Below are positions 25,377 to 38,870 of a stretch of 64,000 nt of DNA, in pieces. The translations under genes were made by a program, and so were the position numbers. Numbering within the stretch: position 1 is the first letter of the stretch; each line of letters starts with the position of its first letter. The DNA is from Laetmonice hystrix. Lineage: Eukaryota. The notes beneath the pieces were generated by a model, which saw nothing but the letters and a program-made list of their open reading frames with translations, was not told the origin of the DNA and made no database searches. The stretch is taken from the NCBI GenBank assembly GCA_965235115.1, contig OZ249447.1, forward strand, positions 21,080,001 through 21,144,000. Reading direction: 5' to 3'.

Positions 25377-28300
25377 CAGATGATGTGAAGAAGATGTGAT
25401 TGTGAACGTGTAGAAGTTAGATATGCTTATGTCAGTGTCATCTCATGAAACATGGCTTCGACGGCTGCCGGGACATTAATCCTAACCCTATGAGCTGCGG
25501 AAATAGCTGTAGTCAGGAAATTAACATTTTCTGTAACTGCCGCTCTGGAACTGATAATGATGGGTTGTCTGTCTGATCTTTGATATTAATTATGACCATG
25601 GTGTTACTGAGTGAGGGAGGCAGGGTATGGGGAGGTACACACACAGGCAAAACGTCGCTCAAGAAATGGAGACTTGGCTGAACCGGTCTGATAATAATTG
25701 TCTGGATCACCGAGTCAGGGGTGCGTTTCAAAACCATCGTTTTTCTGTCTTGTATCAAAATCTCCTTGAAAATACATTAATGTTAACGATATACGATATG
25801 TTAAGCACAGGTTGAAACGCACCCCTGTCTCGGCCAATCTTGACCACGGCTCCTGGCAGTAGATGGCGCTACTGGTCGCATGCGTGGACTGACTGAAACA
25901 ATTACATGATCTGTATGGAATTCAGGGTTAGAGTTTATGATACCGACCAGGAATGTCTTGGTTATTAATAATCCTACTTATTGGGCCCTTATCCTCGTCC
26001 GTATATTTTGAACCATAGCCTCTCCCCTGTTATAGATCGCGAGCTAAGCGGCAGGGATGCTATTCGTCAGTCGTTGGCCTCCGTATGGAAGTTCACGCAA
26101 AATGTGACATGTAAAAAGGCTTGCCAGACATACGCTTTTAAGCAGCCGGGCATTTTGGAGAATATTGCACTTTAAGTTGTCACAGGAATGTCAGGACGCG
26201 TTGCCGGCTGCCCGTCTACATTGTTTATGTCATGCAGTGAGGCTCGTCATTTGACTAACGTCTTCTTGTGGTTAGTGTATATCGTCTTGTCATCTCAACA
26301 TGGTGAAAAACCGCCAGCAGCACGGCTCTTGAGGGTTGGTGAGATAAGAACTGACCACCGGGGGATGGCTATGTTATCAGAAATACTGCTAGGGCAATTT
26401 CTGCTGTTGTGGCGAATATCAGGAGTAATGGATGGCAGGCAGACGGCAGACTGGCGTTCCCGTTTCCTGGATGGATGTTTGCTCACTAGGTAGCGCCACA
26501 ATGGCAGCGGCGGTCAACCACGTCGTCGGATGTCATAGTGGTCATCTGTCATGGTCAGCGGTCCTTTCAGGACTGGACTGACTGAAATACCATACACATT
26601 GTGGTATATGTTTGCCAAGTGGGTGAGGCCAGGCGGGGGGCAACCTCCCTGTGGGAAAACCATAAGGCGCAAAGTGGGGGTTACCACGCATTGTGACATC
26701 AAAACGCCTCAATATGTTACATAAATATCGATCTCCATAATGGCTACAAACATAGGAAGATAACCTCCATGATGTCTAGGTTTTATGCATCGTAGTCCGT
26801 AAACCACCGGTTAGTAAACTTTCTGATATTTAAGAAAAAAGTATGTCTTGTTTCCCCTAATTTGACTTTTGAGAAGGAAATTAATTGCTATCCATTGAAT
26901 CGAACTAAAAAAGACTGCAGATTTCTAATGTGAATTATGTGTGACTGTGACCCGGATAAATATGGCTGATTTTACAGCCTGGTGTGGTTTGCCAGGAGAG
27001 CTGCAATCAGATGTAAATACCCTGCCATGTAAACAATAGGATGCCCCCGGTGTGATTTTTGTCCCTTCTTTCTGCATGATTGTTTATATAACACAGATAT
27101 TCTGGTTCTGAGAAGAGATCTCTGATGACAATTTACCCCGGTCGGTTTTTCTCCATCTAGAACGGTGGTTTAATATTAGCCACGTGAAGGCGAACGTCTT
27201 CACGCGGCGCTATCACGTGACTGACGTGTACTGGGCGGCCCCCTGGCGGCAGGCGGTGAAGACGTGTTGCTGTTGACAGGTCGCGAACCACGTATTGCCC
27301 TGTTATGTTTGCTGCCCTGCCCTGTGACACCCGAGGCATTGCGACATGTTTTAGTGACATGGGCGCCCTTCCGCTGCACTATCATGTCAACAGTTTGGGT
27401 TACTCCCAAACCTGGAAGATTCAATCTAGGACCACAAGCACGCACTCAATGGCTACTTTACTGCTACTGTGCATCATGGGGACATGGTTAGGCCAGTCTG
27501 GAGAGGAGACCCCTCTCTTCCAAGTAAAAGGGTTTTACAGGGTTGGAGGTTAATCAGACCACAGCTATTTTACTCTCTGACCTCCCAGTCTGGGCAAAGT
27601 TTTCAGGTCCATTTCTAATGTGTTCATGTTGTGAGTTTGGAGAAAACTAGTTCACACTTCTTTACCCCAGTGGCAAAATGTTCGTGTCAAAGTCTGCTGT
27701 GGTAAAAATAATGGGGAGGTTGAACCACCAGTCAGCCTGATGGTCTAATAGTACAAGGCCAGTTTATGTTACTGTGAATTAGGTAGCAGTCTCAGGCAAT
27801 TTACAAAATGTAAAGTTCTACATGGTTGCGACATGAAAAAGTCTAGGTGGAGGAATTACAAGAACTGTTTGTATCCGAGGGGATGGGATTGCTTGTTTTA
27901 TGGGAGTTACATACGTCCTTATTCTATTCTATTACTGACAAATAGACCATCTCTTTTGAAGCCATTTGCCATAATTACTGTCTGACAGAAGTTGTTAAAG
28001 TAGCAAACCAGCTGCAGCTGGTAAAGTACATGTGCCATTGTTTGGCGACGTTGCAGTGAGATTTCTTTCAGAAGTTCCTAAAAACCTTTTTCCTTTAACG
28101 TTAGCTGTGTGGAGGCAAGACGACCCCTTATACCAGCCGGCGATCGTCATTGAGAAGTAATACCGCCGATTACATTTTACGACGTTAACCCAAGCCAATA
28201 CCATGTTACTGAATTATATTTTTCTTTGGTTGAAGGATCAGGTTTACCTCCCAGAGTAGGCCGTGTAACTATGGTGATATGCAGACGCTTTGGCAAAGGT

Positions 28301-30332
28301 TAAACCCAGGTTAGATAATTGTGGTTTTCTGTTACTTAGGATGAGGACAAGAAGTGACATTACAGTCTTAATCTGTGGGAAACCGTGTCGGAAATGTAGT
28401 GAAGGTCATTATGGACATAGACTGAGAATTGTTGGTACGTGTGGGGTGTTTGCCATAGGTTTTGTACAGTCTTCGTGTACTTCAGTGTCTGTTTTCACCT
28501 TACCGATTGTCGTATTGGTCGGCTAACTGGTGAGAAATATGTGGGTGTAGAATGTATCAACAGGTGGATCGGGTTGAGATTGATGGTGTGGGTACAGGTT
28601 AATGGGGCCTGGCCCCGGGGGGAGTCGGCGGGAGGGGGGGGGTCATCATTTGGATCACCGGGCCCGGATGGTGGGCCGGCTGATCGGGAGAGTGAGGGGG
28701 GTTAGGGGGGAGCGAGGGGCAGGTTAAATAGACAAGGTGAAGGTATTTATGGGAGAACGGTTTGCAGGGATAACACGCTCACCGGGCTCTGGCAGATAGG
28801 GTAATGTCGTGGTTAGGGTCGGGTGGGGTGGGGTGGAAGGGGGGCTGCATGGGGGCAGGTCGGCTGGGGGGAGGTCAGGCTAATGGTGACATCTGACCCA
28901 CGTCAACACTTCCACGCCGGGTAACCAGGCGCCCTGCGGCAACAGGTATAATGCTGACCCGTATCCTAATTTAAACAGGGCTCGGAATTCACCGGGGATC
29001 GGGAGGTGGTCAAGGCAAGCGCCGGATCTCTCCGCCGCAGGTCAGGTTCCTGTCAGTGAGCTTACATGATACTGAGACCGTCTCAGGTCTGGGGATGAGA
29101 GAAACAACCCGAGATGGTACGATCTGTACGGTAGAATACAGGGAAAGATGCTGGGATTATTGACCACGCCTTACTGGTTGGTTATTGTACGTCCATCAGG
29201 ATCCCATCGTGACCAGGAGGTCAGGCAGGGGGTCGTAATGGAAAACACCGGGAGGGTCTCCAGCAGGGTTGGGGGTCAGAGATCATCCAGGTGACTGATG
29301 GATCTGTCAGTGTGGGTCACAGATCAACCCTCATGTGACTCCCCGGGCACAATGCCCTCCTGACGCGGGGGAGACGGGCCCACATACAGGCCTTTCTATC
29401 GTCTTCACAGTTGGCAAGTAAATAGAGGAGGGAAAGTACAAATAATGAGCGTATTCTGTCAGGTGGAGGTCTCTAGGTCTCCAGGCGTCGTTGGTTACAT
29501 TGATTTATTGATGTCATCAGTATTACGCTCATGTTTCCTGGTGAGATTGGTATAATAGTAAAGATCACCGAAGGAGGAAGATTGTCTGTTGTTAAAACTT
29601 GAAAAATCGGGGTTGTCCTTGTCAGAGCTTAAAGATCTGATACTAGGTCACTACAGTGAATGACATTTGATTTTATAGATTGGGCGAGTCATGAGAATTT
29701 TAGTAGGCTACCAGGGACAGTAGTTAATATCAGTGACTACCCCCCACGGTTATTCCCCCACTAAATGTGTGGGCAGGGGTTCGGGTTAAGGTCAGGGATA
29801 GGATAGTGATATGTTTTTTGGAGGTGTAGGAACCGCCCGGGGGTAGGGGTTAGGGATAAGGTCAGGGCTATGGATCTTTACTTTTGACCAAATTTCGTGT
29901 GGTTTAAGTTATCACGCGCGATGTACCCCCGTCCACTCCACCCACCCTACACGTCATCCGAGACAGACTGGTACATTATCTCAGAACACCTCACAAAAAA
30001 TGGACAGCTTTCAGTAAACCATCTCATCGTTTGTCTGCAGAGATTCCCCCGGGACCCTTGAAGTCTCCATTCTTCCTCCACACACGTGTTTCATTCATTT
30101 CCACCTCTCTTTTTTTCCCCGCCACCATCCTGACTCCCACGCAAGCTTTGATGCAACTTAGACAGAAAAACAAGAACATTGTGTAAGTGGTTTTGATGGC
30201 GACAACCCAACCTTTTTGTGTGCAGCTGGGACCGTGCACTTGCCACATATATACGTTATTTAAGCATGTATATAGCGCCATGTGAACAGGGCACGCCATG
30301 CGTACAACAGAGAATTTGAGCCGCTTTCTTTG

Positions 30333-30538
30333 NNNNNNNNNNNNNNNNNNNNNNNNNNNNNNNNNNNNNNNNNNNNNNNNNNNNNNNNNNNNNNNNNNNN
30401 NNNNNNNNNNNNNNNNNNNNNNNNNNNNNNNNNNNNNNNNNNNNNNNNNNNNNNNNNNNNNNNNNNNNNNNNNNNNNNNNNNNNNNNNNNNNNNNNNNNN
30501 NNNNNNNNNNNNNNNNNNNNNNNNNNNNNNNNNNNNNN
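30333..30538. other. Assembly gap (206 N)
   Basis: Run of N. Confidence 0.99.
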
Positions 30539-31686
30539 TCCTAATACTCGAGGATGTAAAATAGCTTTAACTACAGATGATAAGCCTTTACCAAAGAAAA
30601 TCATGTGCCCTTATAATATGTTTACAGGCATAGTTCATTTCTTTGTCTATGTCTCGTCGCAAAATAACTACTCTATAAGATCATGTAATAAGCCTATTTA
30701 CTGAATGAGTTTGCCCGTCTTTGCTATATTTCCCCCTCTTTACCCTTACGTATCCACGCTGATTACAGTAATTTTAAAATTAAATCCACAGCTTCATAAG
30801 ACGTGAGCTTATTTTCGTGTCCTTTATGTTAAGATGTTCGATGGCATCCTGTTTCCGCTCCAGGACTTGGAGATAATTCCTCATCGTTGACAGATACACA
30901 GGGTAGCAGATTTAGTCTTTGTACTGAGGTAATGAAATTAACGTAGCTTGACGTCTGGCATGGACCCTGGCATGGCATTCGGCAGACTTTAGAGCTGATA
31001 ATGCTGACAGGAGAGAGGCTAGCGGGGAAAGTTAGCTTTAGCCGTCAAGGATAATTAGACATGTTCAGACGGGGTTGTTTATGCGGGAGTGACTTTTCTT
31101 GTTGTGGTTGTCCCCTATGGGACATCGTACACTGTAAGAGTAATGGGCCGCGGAACATGACAGGATGGTTGATTCAGCAGGTTGAGTCTCACGTGATCAT
31201 TTCTGTAATGTAATCAACGTGTTCGAAATGACAGACTCCATCATGCATTATACCTTTTAGAGCATTTATTGGGTAAAAATTCGGTAAAAATTTCTGAATT
31301 AATTTAAAAGTTTCGTACACAACATATTATAATCCCACATAAAAGACCTATATAAAACAAGGCTTAGAACTACACTGTTCTACAGCCCCACAGTTTTAGA
31401 TATCTGTTGGTAAAGGAGAGAGAATGTGTGGCTGGCAGCAGAAGGTCAGTGACAGTATGCAACCATCCAGCTACCAGCCGGAAAACGTTATGCAGGAATC
31501 TGTAGACAGAGAATAGGCCTTCCCATCACACACTGCCATCCATTCATAGCGCCGGTCAGAGTGGCGTTCTAGGAAGGAGAAGAAAATAAACATCGTACAA
31601 TACGTGGGAGTACGGGCGGGGTGGAGATGGGGGCAGAACTGTGGCTGGTGTCTCACAACACAGCGTCCCTTGTGTTCTCCGAAACG

Positions 31687-31700
31687 CCGCTAGGTGGCAC
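31687..31700 (+). promoter_or_regulatory. CTCF-like motif (exact core match)
   Basis: CCGCTAGGTGGCAC matches CC[AG][CG][CT]AG[AG][GT]GGC[AG][CG] at every position. Motif only; binding is unproven. Confidence 0.35.
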
Positions 31701-33517
31701 CAGTGTCGTCCTCCTCGTCAGGTTTTGACCACACCAACATCTGTTTGAGCTCTTCGCTGCCGGAGGCGCCTCAGCCTCAATGCCTCAGATAAAAACACTG
31801 ACCGTATGGCAGCTTGGTGACATGTAACTTCCAATAACAGCCACATGTGACTCTAAATCAAAGTGGGAAACAGGTGTCTCGATTCTATGGCGTTAACGTT
31901 TTAAATAATGACAGACTGCCTTGATCCAATGACTTGTGCCCTCAGCGATTTTAATGTCTTTTCAATAGCAGTTCTGACGGTCAGTAAAGGTCTGTGTCCT
32001 ATTTTAGAATCCGGTTTCTGTTTGCTGAAAGGTTGTTAGGTTCACATGCATTTATAAAACAACATAAAGTGGTTACAACCACCATGGAGGACAAGGTCGA
32101 GGACAATTTCATTAGCTATCCCAGTAGGACACTGTTGAGAAGTATTTAAAGGCAGTTAGACATTATTGTTTCAGAGAGGTGACATCAGCTTGACTGATGG
32201 GATGAGGGTATGGGTATGGGGTGAGGGTAGGGGTGAGGGACAGAGATAGGGGTGGGTATAGGGGTGACGCTGGGCCTTGACAACACACACCGATGAAAGT
32301 GTTGGAAGTGTTTGTCGCCCATTCTGAAAATGGATCAGGTAGGACCAAACTGAAAGGGTCAGTGACTTTAACAATGAAGGACATTGCTGAGAAGAAATTT
32401 CTGTGTCATTTCGATACCAGCCTGGGACGATTGCGGATGTTAACCTTTACACCCATGGCTGAAAGAGTATGATGTCACAAAGTGTCCATGTGGTGAAGTA
32501 CCATAATAAACCTTTCTCCCCGCAGTCTGCAGGCCCTGTCACCGGCAGGTTTGCAATATGGCGGTATCCGGTACTTTGTTATTGGACCCCCTCCGAGACG
32601 TACGAACATTCCCTGAAAGGACCTGCCACATCACAGCTTGACACCCAGAGAAATATTTCCGCACAGTAGCTTGTTCTGTGCTGGGTCCCAAAGATGTATG
32701 ATTATTACAAAAAAATCTCTCTCCGTGACGTCAGAGCAAGTGTGAAGATAGGTGATCTCTGAGAAAATGGGAGGAGAAGCATGTCTGGTCCAGTGTTAGG
32801 AAATGATGAGGCTTTACGTCGGGATGGGACTGATGGCCACTGTGGATGCTGATGAAGGGCCCGGTGATGGTGAAATGTCAATGAGGCTTCTCCATCTATA
32901 TTAATGATATTTTCTCACTGACACCAAAGGCGAATCCTGTCTTTACAGCCTGATTTCTCCAGGACCCGGTAATTACCATGGCAGAATTGAATTTTCTTTT
33001 ACATCAAGGCGAGCGTCAGTCAATATGGACTTCCAGGGTAACCACTGTGAGTAGAAACAGTGGAAGGATACGGTGGCAGGAACGTAAGATGGAAATAATG
33101 TTCAGGAGGCTCACAGGGTAATTGATGAGAATAGAATTTGTCGTATCTCTTTGAGTTGTTACGTATCTTAATTTGTTTGTGACCTAAGATGGAGAGTGGC
33201 ACATAAACACAATGTGATTCGAAAATGATATTCATACATGTTTCTGTTAAATACATAGTTAAATAAATAGTTAAATACATATATTTCCAATGTGCACCTT
33301 TATTGATACTCTGCTATATTACGATTATTAATATACTTATTTTTTGTTGTTATAATAACATATCCAACGGAACATGAAGACAAGAATCTGCGTTTTGAAT
33401 GAATGGCTTGCAAGTTTAATTCCCCACTCTCTCTCCAGGTGTCGCTCACATCGTTACATGGTGCCTTAGCTCAGGGATTCTCGGTGGAAAATTAAAAGTA
33501 CCGCAGTTCCACTATTG

Positions 33518-33760
33518 ATAGGGCGTACCCAGGATTTGCAGCAAGGGGGATGTTCAACAGGGGCGGATCCATAAATTTAGAAAAGGGGGTGGGGGTGGGG
33601 GTGGGGTGACAGGTAACTTAAAGCAAACTATGAAGATAGAAGTTTAACTGGAATATACTTGTTGTCAGAATTAACGGGGTGGGGGGGTGGGGTGGGGGGG
33701 GGGGGTGCTCCTTGAGCACCTCGAGCACCCCCCCCCCCCCCCCGTCCCGGGTACGATTGA
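33518..33760. mobile_element. Possible degenerate GC-rich MITE with a nested second terminus
   Basis: Begins agggcgtacccaggattt and ends cgggtacg (7-bp inverted match), with an internal caggggcggatcc terminus-like motif, G/C runs and a ggtgctc/gagcacc hairpin. Confidence 0.3.
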
Positions 33761-34159
33761 TGCTATTTGCGGTTGGTTTAGTGCGAGGAGTTAAGTTTCA
33801 GTCTGATGGAGTGTCAGATTCAAGCCGTCAAGTTTAATCAGACTGACGTCAGGGTCAACATGTAAACAGACCTGAGAATGAACTGGCTCTCACATGACAG
33901 ATCTGTTTGGGGGAGGCGATTGTTTTCTGGTTGTATCAAGGAGCTTGGGATGAACTGGTCAACTTGATATTAGGAAATGTCTCTTTTGGTGAATTGGTAT
34001 TTTGGTGAAAGACAGCTTGATTTGGGCCTTTTGTGGAAAGGGGTATTTAATATCGTAAGTCAATTTGGCAATGCGGTAGTGAGCGCGCCCTGGAACTAAG
34101 TTGGTTCGAGTTTAAGACAAGGGAGCATTGACTTATAAATGAGTTTATATGTGCATGTA

Positions 34160-34219
34160 CAATGTCATCTTTCTATTTTCAGGTGAGTACCAGTTATCGA
34201 TAATGAAGTGAAGGTATTG
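34160..34219 (+). other. Candidate recursive splice site 2 with 31-nt cryptic RS-exon (34183-34213)
   Basis: catctttctattttCAG|GTGAGTac at 34182/34183, weaker downstream donor AAG|gtattg at 34214. The exon has stops in all three frames. Confidence 0.55.
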
Positions 34220-34809
34220 TAGATATTTTATCACCATGTAGAACATGAACACAGTACAGTGTACAGATGATATACTGTCAGGCCTTACATGTTGTGGTTA
34301 GCCGCCGGCTCCTCAGTGCCATTGTCAGTGTTGGTAGTGTCAGTGTTGGTAGTGTCATTGTCAGTGTTGTTAGTGTCATTGTCATCGTCCGTTTCGTACA
34401 AATCCTGTTGACGTTCACACCGAGTGTTTCTTTTTGTATTGACATTTTGTGTCATAATATCATCCCAAATTATCGCTGTTCACTTTCCTTCGCTCTGTAC
34501 TTCTGTAAAGGGCCCCAGTCGACGGTATCCGTGTGTACGTTGTTTCATACGGAATATTACTCTATATAAATAAGGGTAGGGGAGTGTACCTAATCTGTTC
34601 CATCAATTGTAAATAATTAATATGAAACCGACTCATCCCCAAGGCCCGAGGACTCTACCAATGTGAATATGTTCCATGTTGCATGGGCCATAACGTGAAA
34701 TTAGAAATTGGTGATGTTCTCCGATTGTATTACAGTTGATTGACAGTACCGGCATGCTCATTTTGTCATAATTGTTATTTTCCGGTATCTCATGGTATGA
34801 CAGTGAGCC

Positions 34810-34949
34810 NNNNNNNNNNNNNNNNNNNNNNNNNNNNNNNNNNNNNNNNNNNNNNNNNNNNNNNNNNNNNNNNNNNNNNNNNNNNNNNNNNNNNNNNNNN
34901 NNNNNNNNNNNNNNNNNNNNNNNNNNNNNNNNNNNNNNNNNNNNNNNNN
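34810..34949. other. Assembly gap (140 N)
   Basis: Run of N, abutting a microsatellite. Confidence 0.99.
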
Positions 34950-35022
34950 TTACAGACAGTCAGTCAGACACACATTCAGTCAGTCAGACAGACAGTCTGA
35001 CAGACAGACAGCCTTACAGTCA
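34950..35022. repeat. Degenerate (GACA/GTCA)n microsatellite
   Basis: cagacagtcagtcagacacacattcagtcagtcagacagacagtctgacagacagacag. Confidence 0.8.
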
Positions 35023-36294
35023 GCCAGAGAAGTACCGGTACATCATGTAAACCCGCAGCAGGGCAGTCAGACGGGGGAGCACGTCGTCTCGTTCCTGTCT
35101 CTACTCTTTTTGAATTAATATTTGAAACGCCTGTTTTTGATTCCACATAAGAGCCACTGATGAATGTTGTATAAAACAATGGCAGAGTGAATTCCAGTCT
35201 GACACGCCCCTGTCCATAATATATGGACTCTGGTATGTAATTCTAGTCATGCGATCAACAGTAGCAATATTACCGGGAAGAAAGTACGGTGGGGAACGTT
35301 GTAATTTCAACGTAAAGACATCGGTGTGTTCACATCGCAGTCATTAGACGGCCATTCCCAATCGGATTATCTCTATCGCGGTGTTTCTGTGTAAAATTGA
35401 TATATATATTTTCACTTCCCTATACACGCATCAAAGTGATGAATTTTAAAGTGTATCTGAATGTGATAGCTGACAACCGGTAAACTGCGTTACGAATCTG
35501 TCAGGATGGACTGGCATCAGAACTTCATGTGTAGATGGAGAGGGCGGGGTGATACCCTTCAGGGGCGCGTGTGAACGACTTTGAGGATCTCTTTTTAACA
35601 GTCTGTCTCATTCCTGACTCGCCACCCAGGCTGAGAGTGGGGAGTGAGGTGTCATTGGAATTTCCTACTCATCTCACTTGGAACATTTTTAAAGAGGGTA
35701 TCAAACATTTCATTTCTCAGAAGATTCGTCTGATTCGTTTGATAATGAAAAAAATAATCTCAAATGTGGAAGTTGACGTTGGAGGAGTTTTATAGGGTCG
35801 TTGAATGTTATCAGACAGGATGTTCCCGACAACAAGATGAAATCAAAGGATTTAACCTTTTTTATTTTAAGTTTCTATATTAAATCATACAGCTCTTACG
35901 GACATAACTAGTCCCTGATCAGCAGGGGCGGGCAGTTTCGGGTTCACAGCGCTGTGTCTGGGTGGAATCCAATATGACTGGGGCCCACTGGTCCATGTGG
36001 GACCTGTTAAACTTCCACTAAGATTATATTTGCATCTATTCACTGTCATGTAGAAAGCAAAGCTCATGATCAGACTGTTACTGGCTATGTATATGTATAG
36101 GAATGTATAGCCTGCTGATGTAAAGTTGTTTTCACAATGATTGGGGGGTTTTGTTTAGTAAGCTGACTGAATGCAGGCGACCAATGTGACCAACAATATT
36201 GGGTTGTTAACAAATCAATCTTAGATCGACTGATTGGCAGTATCATTGTCATGGATACATTAGTCTCCAGTTAGCATCAAAGATAAAGTAGGGG

Positions 36295-38870
36295 ATGTTA
36301 TCACAATGGAGGGAACTAATAGCTGCTCGCAGGGGGGTGACTCAGGTCCCAGATTCGTTACTGGTGTATGCCGTTAGGTATGGCGATGGTGTGAAGCTGA
36401 CTTGGGGCCCATACCAGCCCCATGGCACCGGCCCCATAGCAACAACACGCCGACGGTACGCTCAGTCAGGCTCTGTGAGTAGCAGCTCGTACTACTACGA
36501 CTACTACACTAGTAGAACTCAGACGGCACCGGGTGTGTCAGAACTTGTTGATGGCGAACAGTGGGCAGTAAGTGATAAGTGACTGGTGCCGCTACAACAC
36601 AGGTGTTGGAGGCCTCCGGGTTACCAGCTGGAGGACGTACCCCCCGACCCGATCCCACCCTGGGACCCACTACCCCATCCTGGACCCCTACCCTATCCCC
36701 GGAACCCCTCCACCCCGGACCCCTACCCCCATCCCCGGACCCCCTACCTCTCCACACACGCCGATGCCAATCCCGAGTCCCAAGCCACACCCAGTTAGTT
36801 TGGACCCTGACGCCTACCGCCTCCTGTTCTATGGTGTTACCAGGAAGATGGGGTCTGATGGGTGGTATCATGGAACTACGCTCTGGTTCTTCAATACATG
36901 GACTCATAACAAGAGACATTACACAACAATGATCAGTCAGTACTAGGAGATAATCTTGTATATAAAGATACTCTAAAAGAACATTATAGCAACACTTTGG
37001 ACTTGGTGGAAGTGGAAATTCTTGTGCCATCCCCCATCAGGACCCCAGGGTTAGGAGCCTTCTCAGAATACAGGAGTTGTGCCTGGGGGTATTCATCGTA
37101 TAGCACCCGTCAGTGTATAAGTAACCTGCTGTCAGCTGCCCTCCCCCAACACCACCCCGGCCAGGAGGTCTGATCCCTTCTGACAGAACACGTGTGAGCG
37201 GGAGGATGTGGAGGGTGAACTGTTGGTGATTTGTGGGTGACACCCTCGTCAGATGATCCTGTAGTCCGCCAGGACTCGTCCAGTCCATCAAGTGAGGGTG
37301 TGAGAAGAGACCCCGTGGATGTGGCACTTTGACAGCAGCCGTGTAGTACGGGTGGGAGTTGAGCTGTTAAAAGACAGTGGGTAACATTCCCTGTCATCGT
37401 GACTCAGCCATGAGGTAGCCAGCCACCATGCTGCAGGAGTGAGTCTTAGGTTAGGACTTCGTGGCTGGCTGGCTGACGTGAGGAGGCCCTCTTACCGTCA
37501 GCCCGTGTACCTACCACGTGCAAGAAGTCCACGGCCCATCCAGCTAAGACTTGGCTGTTGGTGAGGATGGTGAGTTCTCCGACCGTATTTGACAGCTCCA
37601 TCCAGACGTGAGGCTCTTCATCAGCTGCGAACATTGCTGGCTTCAAGAAGCAGGGACCACACACCTCCGGGAAGAACGTGGCCAAGGGTCCCGGACCGGG
37701 GGTTCAGGGGAAACTTACCAACCGAACTTACCAACCGTCTCTCTTCAGACAGGCGCCAGGAGCTACAGAAATCAGCCACCACAGGAGGGAACTGAAAGGT
37801 ACCATTACGGGAGGACGAGATAAAATATCTTCTTGATCCATCGACCCGAACTCCCAGCATCGAGCAGTGTTTGAAATGGATATACCGGTTTTATCTTTGA
37901 GAGTTTCGGCCGAGATAACATCCGATAATGATATTTGTACAGAGTGATGTTGATTGATAGTATCAGCGAACAGGGGATTATCCATAAGCAGCCAAAGATA
38001 TATCTGGTGGATTGCTTGTTCCAGAGGGACAGACTTCAGAGGATTGTTGATATTTAGTTGTCTCCATCACCAAGGGTACCAGGGTATCGGTAGAAACGAG
38101 CTGGGATATTGAGTGAAACTTTGGCTCAATTTGCGACAAATAATCTACATCATCCTGGAAAGGGAACTGCGTGACCCCAATTTGACATGAAGTGAGGGAA
38201 TTCTGTGCCAGACTTTGGTACTATGTCATCAGCACTCTCGGGTCTGTCAGAAATAACCATGGTAGATGGCATGAACGAGAGTGTGAGTGTATAAGTCAGG
38301 TATACGGGGTACATACCACTGGCATACCAAGTGTACACTGAGGTAAGGTATACACTCCTAGGGTGCTGATATTGTCACCGATCTGCTAGAACTGTTGGTG
38401 GGTCTCGTTGGTTCGGTATGTCCCAGGGACACGGCTGCAAGACATCTTTCAGCGAGCACCAGTCATTGGAGCCAGCATTGCTGTCAGTCGAAACTGGACA
38501 TTAAAGGTTACTGCTGTCACAAAGGGGGTGTTTCATCGCTGGACAGTCAGTGTGCTATATAGCAACACACAAGGTGAAGCATTGTTGAGAAAACGGTTTG
38601 TGGAGAAGACAACGGTGCTGGTTTTCACACTCAGCGTGTATTTTCGTCAGTGTGGCTACTGGCCTCAGCTCACCAACACATGTTTGGCCAGGCTGGAGGT
38701 CAAAGATATCTGCCTGATAACCCTATCTAAGGAAATATGTGTCGGTCTGATAGAACCGGGCTGTGGTGGCACACAAATTGATCATACCCACTTTGTTCAG
38801 GAAAGTCGCTCGCGCTTTCCCCTGCTGGGTTTAGTTATTTCGTCAGGAGTGGCAGTGTTTCCAAGTTAAT
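36295..38870 (+). pseudogene. Possible decayed coding relic (mobile element or viral?), family unassigned
   Basis: Stop-poor + frames: 36910-37173 (87 codons), 37448-37900 (few stops) and ORF 38408-38869 (153 aa). No splice structure and no recognised motif. Confidence 0.18.

Noticed and set aside
24680-25399. 239-aa Cys/Pro-rich ORF resembling keratin-associated or SPRR proteins
   Set aside because: The A-free 30-bp repeat cannot contain stops, all + frames are open, and the frame switches mid-array.
33421-33444. Strong acceptor ccccactctctctccag followed by GT (possible third recursive site)
   Set aside because: The donor half GTGTCG is far from consensus.
34194-34213. Micro-exon reading IDNEVK, similar to the srGAP ...xQVK(E/D) N-terminus
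   Set aside because: The donor after AAG is phase 0 but the 57065 exon needs phase 1; direct joining gives ATA TGA (stop). It would need an unseen extra micro-exon.
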